DNA from: an uncultured delta proteobacterium
GTDB lineage: Bacteria; Desulfobacterota; Binatia; UBA9968
DNA: 64,000 nucleotides
Assembly: GCA_963804165.1 (NCBI GenBank)
Contig: CAWDPO010000045.1
Span: 128,001-192,000, forward strand
Direction: 5' to 3'
In this document: positions 62,214-64,000 of the stretch, one piece after another
Layout: every line of letters begins with the position of its first letter
Numbering within the stretch: the stretch's first letter is position 1
Made by a program: the position numbers and the translations under genes
The notes under the pieces: generated by a model
What the model was told of the DNA's origin: nothing
The model's input: the letters and a program-made list of their open reading frames with translations, nothing else
The model's database searches: none

Positions 62214-63188
62214 TCACTTGCCCCAGAGCGATTTATAGAATCCCTCGTTGATCAGCTCTTGCACCAAGCTATTGTCGTAAAATCGTTCGGCGGTGAATTC
62301 TCTCGCCTGCGGGTTCTTCACGGCTTCCTGATCGAGCACGACCTGCACGCCCTCGCGTTTCACCAACGGAATTTTTTCGGTGAAATCGTGGGCGTATTTT
62401 AGGCTTCCGTCGAGCATCCCAGGGTCATCGATCTTCGCATATTTCGTCAGAATCTTTTTCGTCTCGTCTCTCTGCTGAAACATGAAGTGAGTGGCTCGGC
62501 CGAACGCGCGGAGAAACGTCCTGGCGTCGCTGCGCTGCTCACGCAAAAACCGCCGCGTCGTCGTCAGCCCGGCGATGACGAAATAGATGCCTTCGTTGGC
62601 CAGATTGGCGATGATTTTATTTCCCTTTTGTTCGGCGACATGAGAACTGGGGGATGATAGCGGCGCCGCGCTGATCGAGCCGTTGTTCAATGCCGCGGCC
62701 AGCTCAGGCATGCCGCCGACCTGGACGATGTTGACGTCCCGGTTAGGTTGCAGTTTGTTTCTTTGCAGATACTCGCGTATCGCAAAGTCGGAAGACGAAC
62801 CCAATCGCGTGACGCCGATTTTTTTGCCCTTTAAGTCCTGAACGGTGGCTATTTCCGGCCGGGTCATGATGTAGAACGCCGCCGCGTTCATGACCGCGCC
62901 CATGAGAACCAGATCACCCCCTTGAAGTGTGCTGTTCACCACACTGCCGCTGTTGACCGTCGAGATCGCGACCTGGCGTGCGAACATCGCCTGCGCCATC
63001 GTCGTGGAGCTGGCAATATAAACCTGTTGAGCGTCGAGCCCTTCCTTCTTATAAAATCCCGCTTCCTTGCCGATCCAAAACGGCAAGAAGACTGAGCTCA
63101 CTGCCGAGTAGCCGATGACGAGCGGTTCCGGATGCGCAACACGCACCAGCGCCAGTGAGAAAACTACACATGCAAAAATAATCTTCAT
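62214..63188 (-). CDS. ABC-type substrate-binding protein, NMT1/THI5/SsuA-like
   Basis: Signal peptide from ATG 63188; GFYKKEGL, LKGKKIGVTRLGS. Confidence 0.9.
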   Translation of the reverse strand: MKIIFACVVFSLALVRVAHPEPLVIGYSAVSSVFLPFWIGKEAGFYKKEGLDAQQVYIASSTTMAQAMFARQVAISTVNSGSVVNSTLQGGDLVLMGAVMNAAAFYIMTRPEIATVQDLKGKKIGVTRLGSSSDFAIREYLQRNKLQPNRDVNIVQVGGMPELAAALNNGSISAAPLSSPSSHVAEQKGNKIIANLANEGIYFVIAGLTTTRRFLREQRSDARTFLRAFGRATHFMFQQRDETKKILTKYAKIDDPGMLDGSLKYAHDFTEKIPLVKREGVQVVLDQEAVKNPQAREFTAERFYDNSLVQELINEGFYKSLWGK

Positions 63189-63227
63189 AACGGAACCGCG
63201 ATAAACCGATGTCGTTATTTCGAGCGT

Positions 63228-63360
63228 CAGACTGTGTGAAAACTCTCTCGGAGCCCTTCGACGGTGCTCAGGGCGAACGGATAAGTACTCAATTTCTAGT
63301 GAGACCACACCGTTCGTGGTGAGCCTAGTCGAACCATGAACGGTGTCTTCACACAATCTG
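63228..63360. mobile_element. MITE-like element with internal REP-like palindrome
   Basis: CAGACTGTGTGAAAA vs reverse complement of right end CAGATTGTGTGAAGA (13/15); core cccttcgacggtgctcagggcgaacgg...ccgttcgtggtgagcctagtcgaacc. Confidence 0.65.
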
Positions 63361-63385
63361 GCACGAGGAGAAATCCTTTCCCGTC

Positions 63386-64000
63386 CTATTCAATCAGCTT
63401 TCTCGCGTCAAGGTGGATGAACGTCGCGCCGCGGTCTTTCGCCCGTTTCACCATGTCTTCCGTGCCCCCTGGCGCGTCGCCGGCGGCACCGTTCCAAAGT
63501 GCGATCAGCGTCAGATGATCTCGTGAAATATAAAGCGCATTGTGCAGGATCCAGAGATTGGCACGTTGCCAGATGTCGTAATCCTTCTTCGCCCGCAGCC
63601 AACGCGGTAATTGCTCTGAGTCCGAAAGTATTCTCGGCTTGAGCTTGTCGTAAAGCCGATCGAAACGATCCGCCCAGCCGGAGCCGCCGTCAGCGACGGA
63701 AGCCTTGATGTATTCGCCTTTTGGCAATACCAGATACATCAGGCTCGGGATCGCGAGCTCCTCGCAGACTTCATGAAATAGGATGTCGCCGCCGGACGCG
63801 CCGCCGGAGATTCCGAGTAGCTTCCCGTGCGCTTTTTCTTTCTCCATCCTCACAGCTTCGAGAATCATCGCCCGCGCATGCTTTTCCTTGGCAGCGGGAA
63901 AACGCGGCGTCTTGCGATCGGGAGCATCGACGCGGTGTCCAGTGAACAAGATTACGCGCGGCGGAGATTCTTGGCTTTGACCGGGACCGGCAACCGGCGC
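63386..64000 (-). CDS. C-terminal part of a protein with a SLOG-like nucleotide-binding domain (runs off window)
   Basis: VILFTGHRVD, GGASGGDILF, RANLW, IALWNG, GGTEDMV. Confidence 0.7.
   Translation of the reverse strand, partial: APVAGPGQSQESPPRVILFTGHRVDAPDRKTPRFPAAKEKHARAMILEAVRMEKEKAHGKLLGISGGASGGDILFHEVCEELAIPSLMYLVLPKGEYIKASVADGGSGWADRFDRLYDKLKPRILSDSEQLPRWLRAKKDYDIWQRANLWILHNALYISRDHLTLIALWNGAAGDAPGGTEDMVKRAKDRGATFIHLDARKLIE

Overview
GC-rich bacterial chromosomal window with about 55 genes and no rRNA, tRNA, CRISPR array or intact transposase that I can see. Gene content (many solitary NMT1/SsuA-type binding proteins, six amidohydrolase-2 paralogs, LLM oxidoreductases, UbiD, class II aldolases) suggests a catabolically versatile lineage such as Candidatus Binatia (inference only). 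Housekeeping genes include dnaJ with a CbpM-like partner, glgC, glgP, murJ, an RlmL-like methyltransferase and an RRM protein. About 15 genes carry single-base frameshifts, most likely read errors. Best leads: (1) an AhpD/CMD-family gene split by an in-frame TGA in a CxxU motif with a SECIS-like hairpin, a probable selenoprotein the ORF track cuts in two; (2) a compact reductive-dehalogenase-like gene followed by a ferredoxin; (3) a deoxyhypusine-synthase-like protein with a degenerate internal duplicate; (4) two tandem M24-fold proteins lacking the metal ligands; (5) a multi-hairpin, possibly switchable 5' leader before a GT4 gene; (6) a cyanobacterial-type GlgC; (7) MITE-like elements with REP-like cores and 7/8/9-nt intergenic repeats. 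All family calls come from motif recognition by eye, not database searches.
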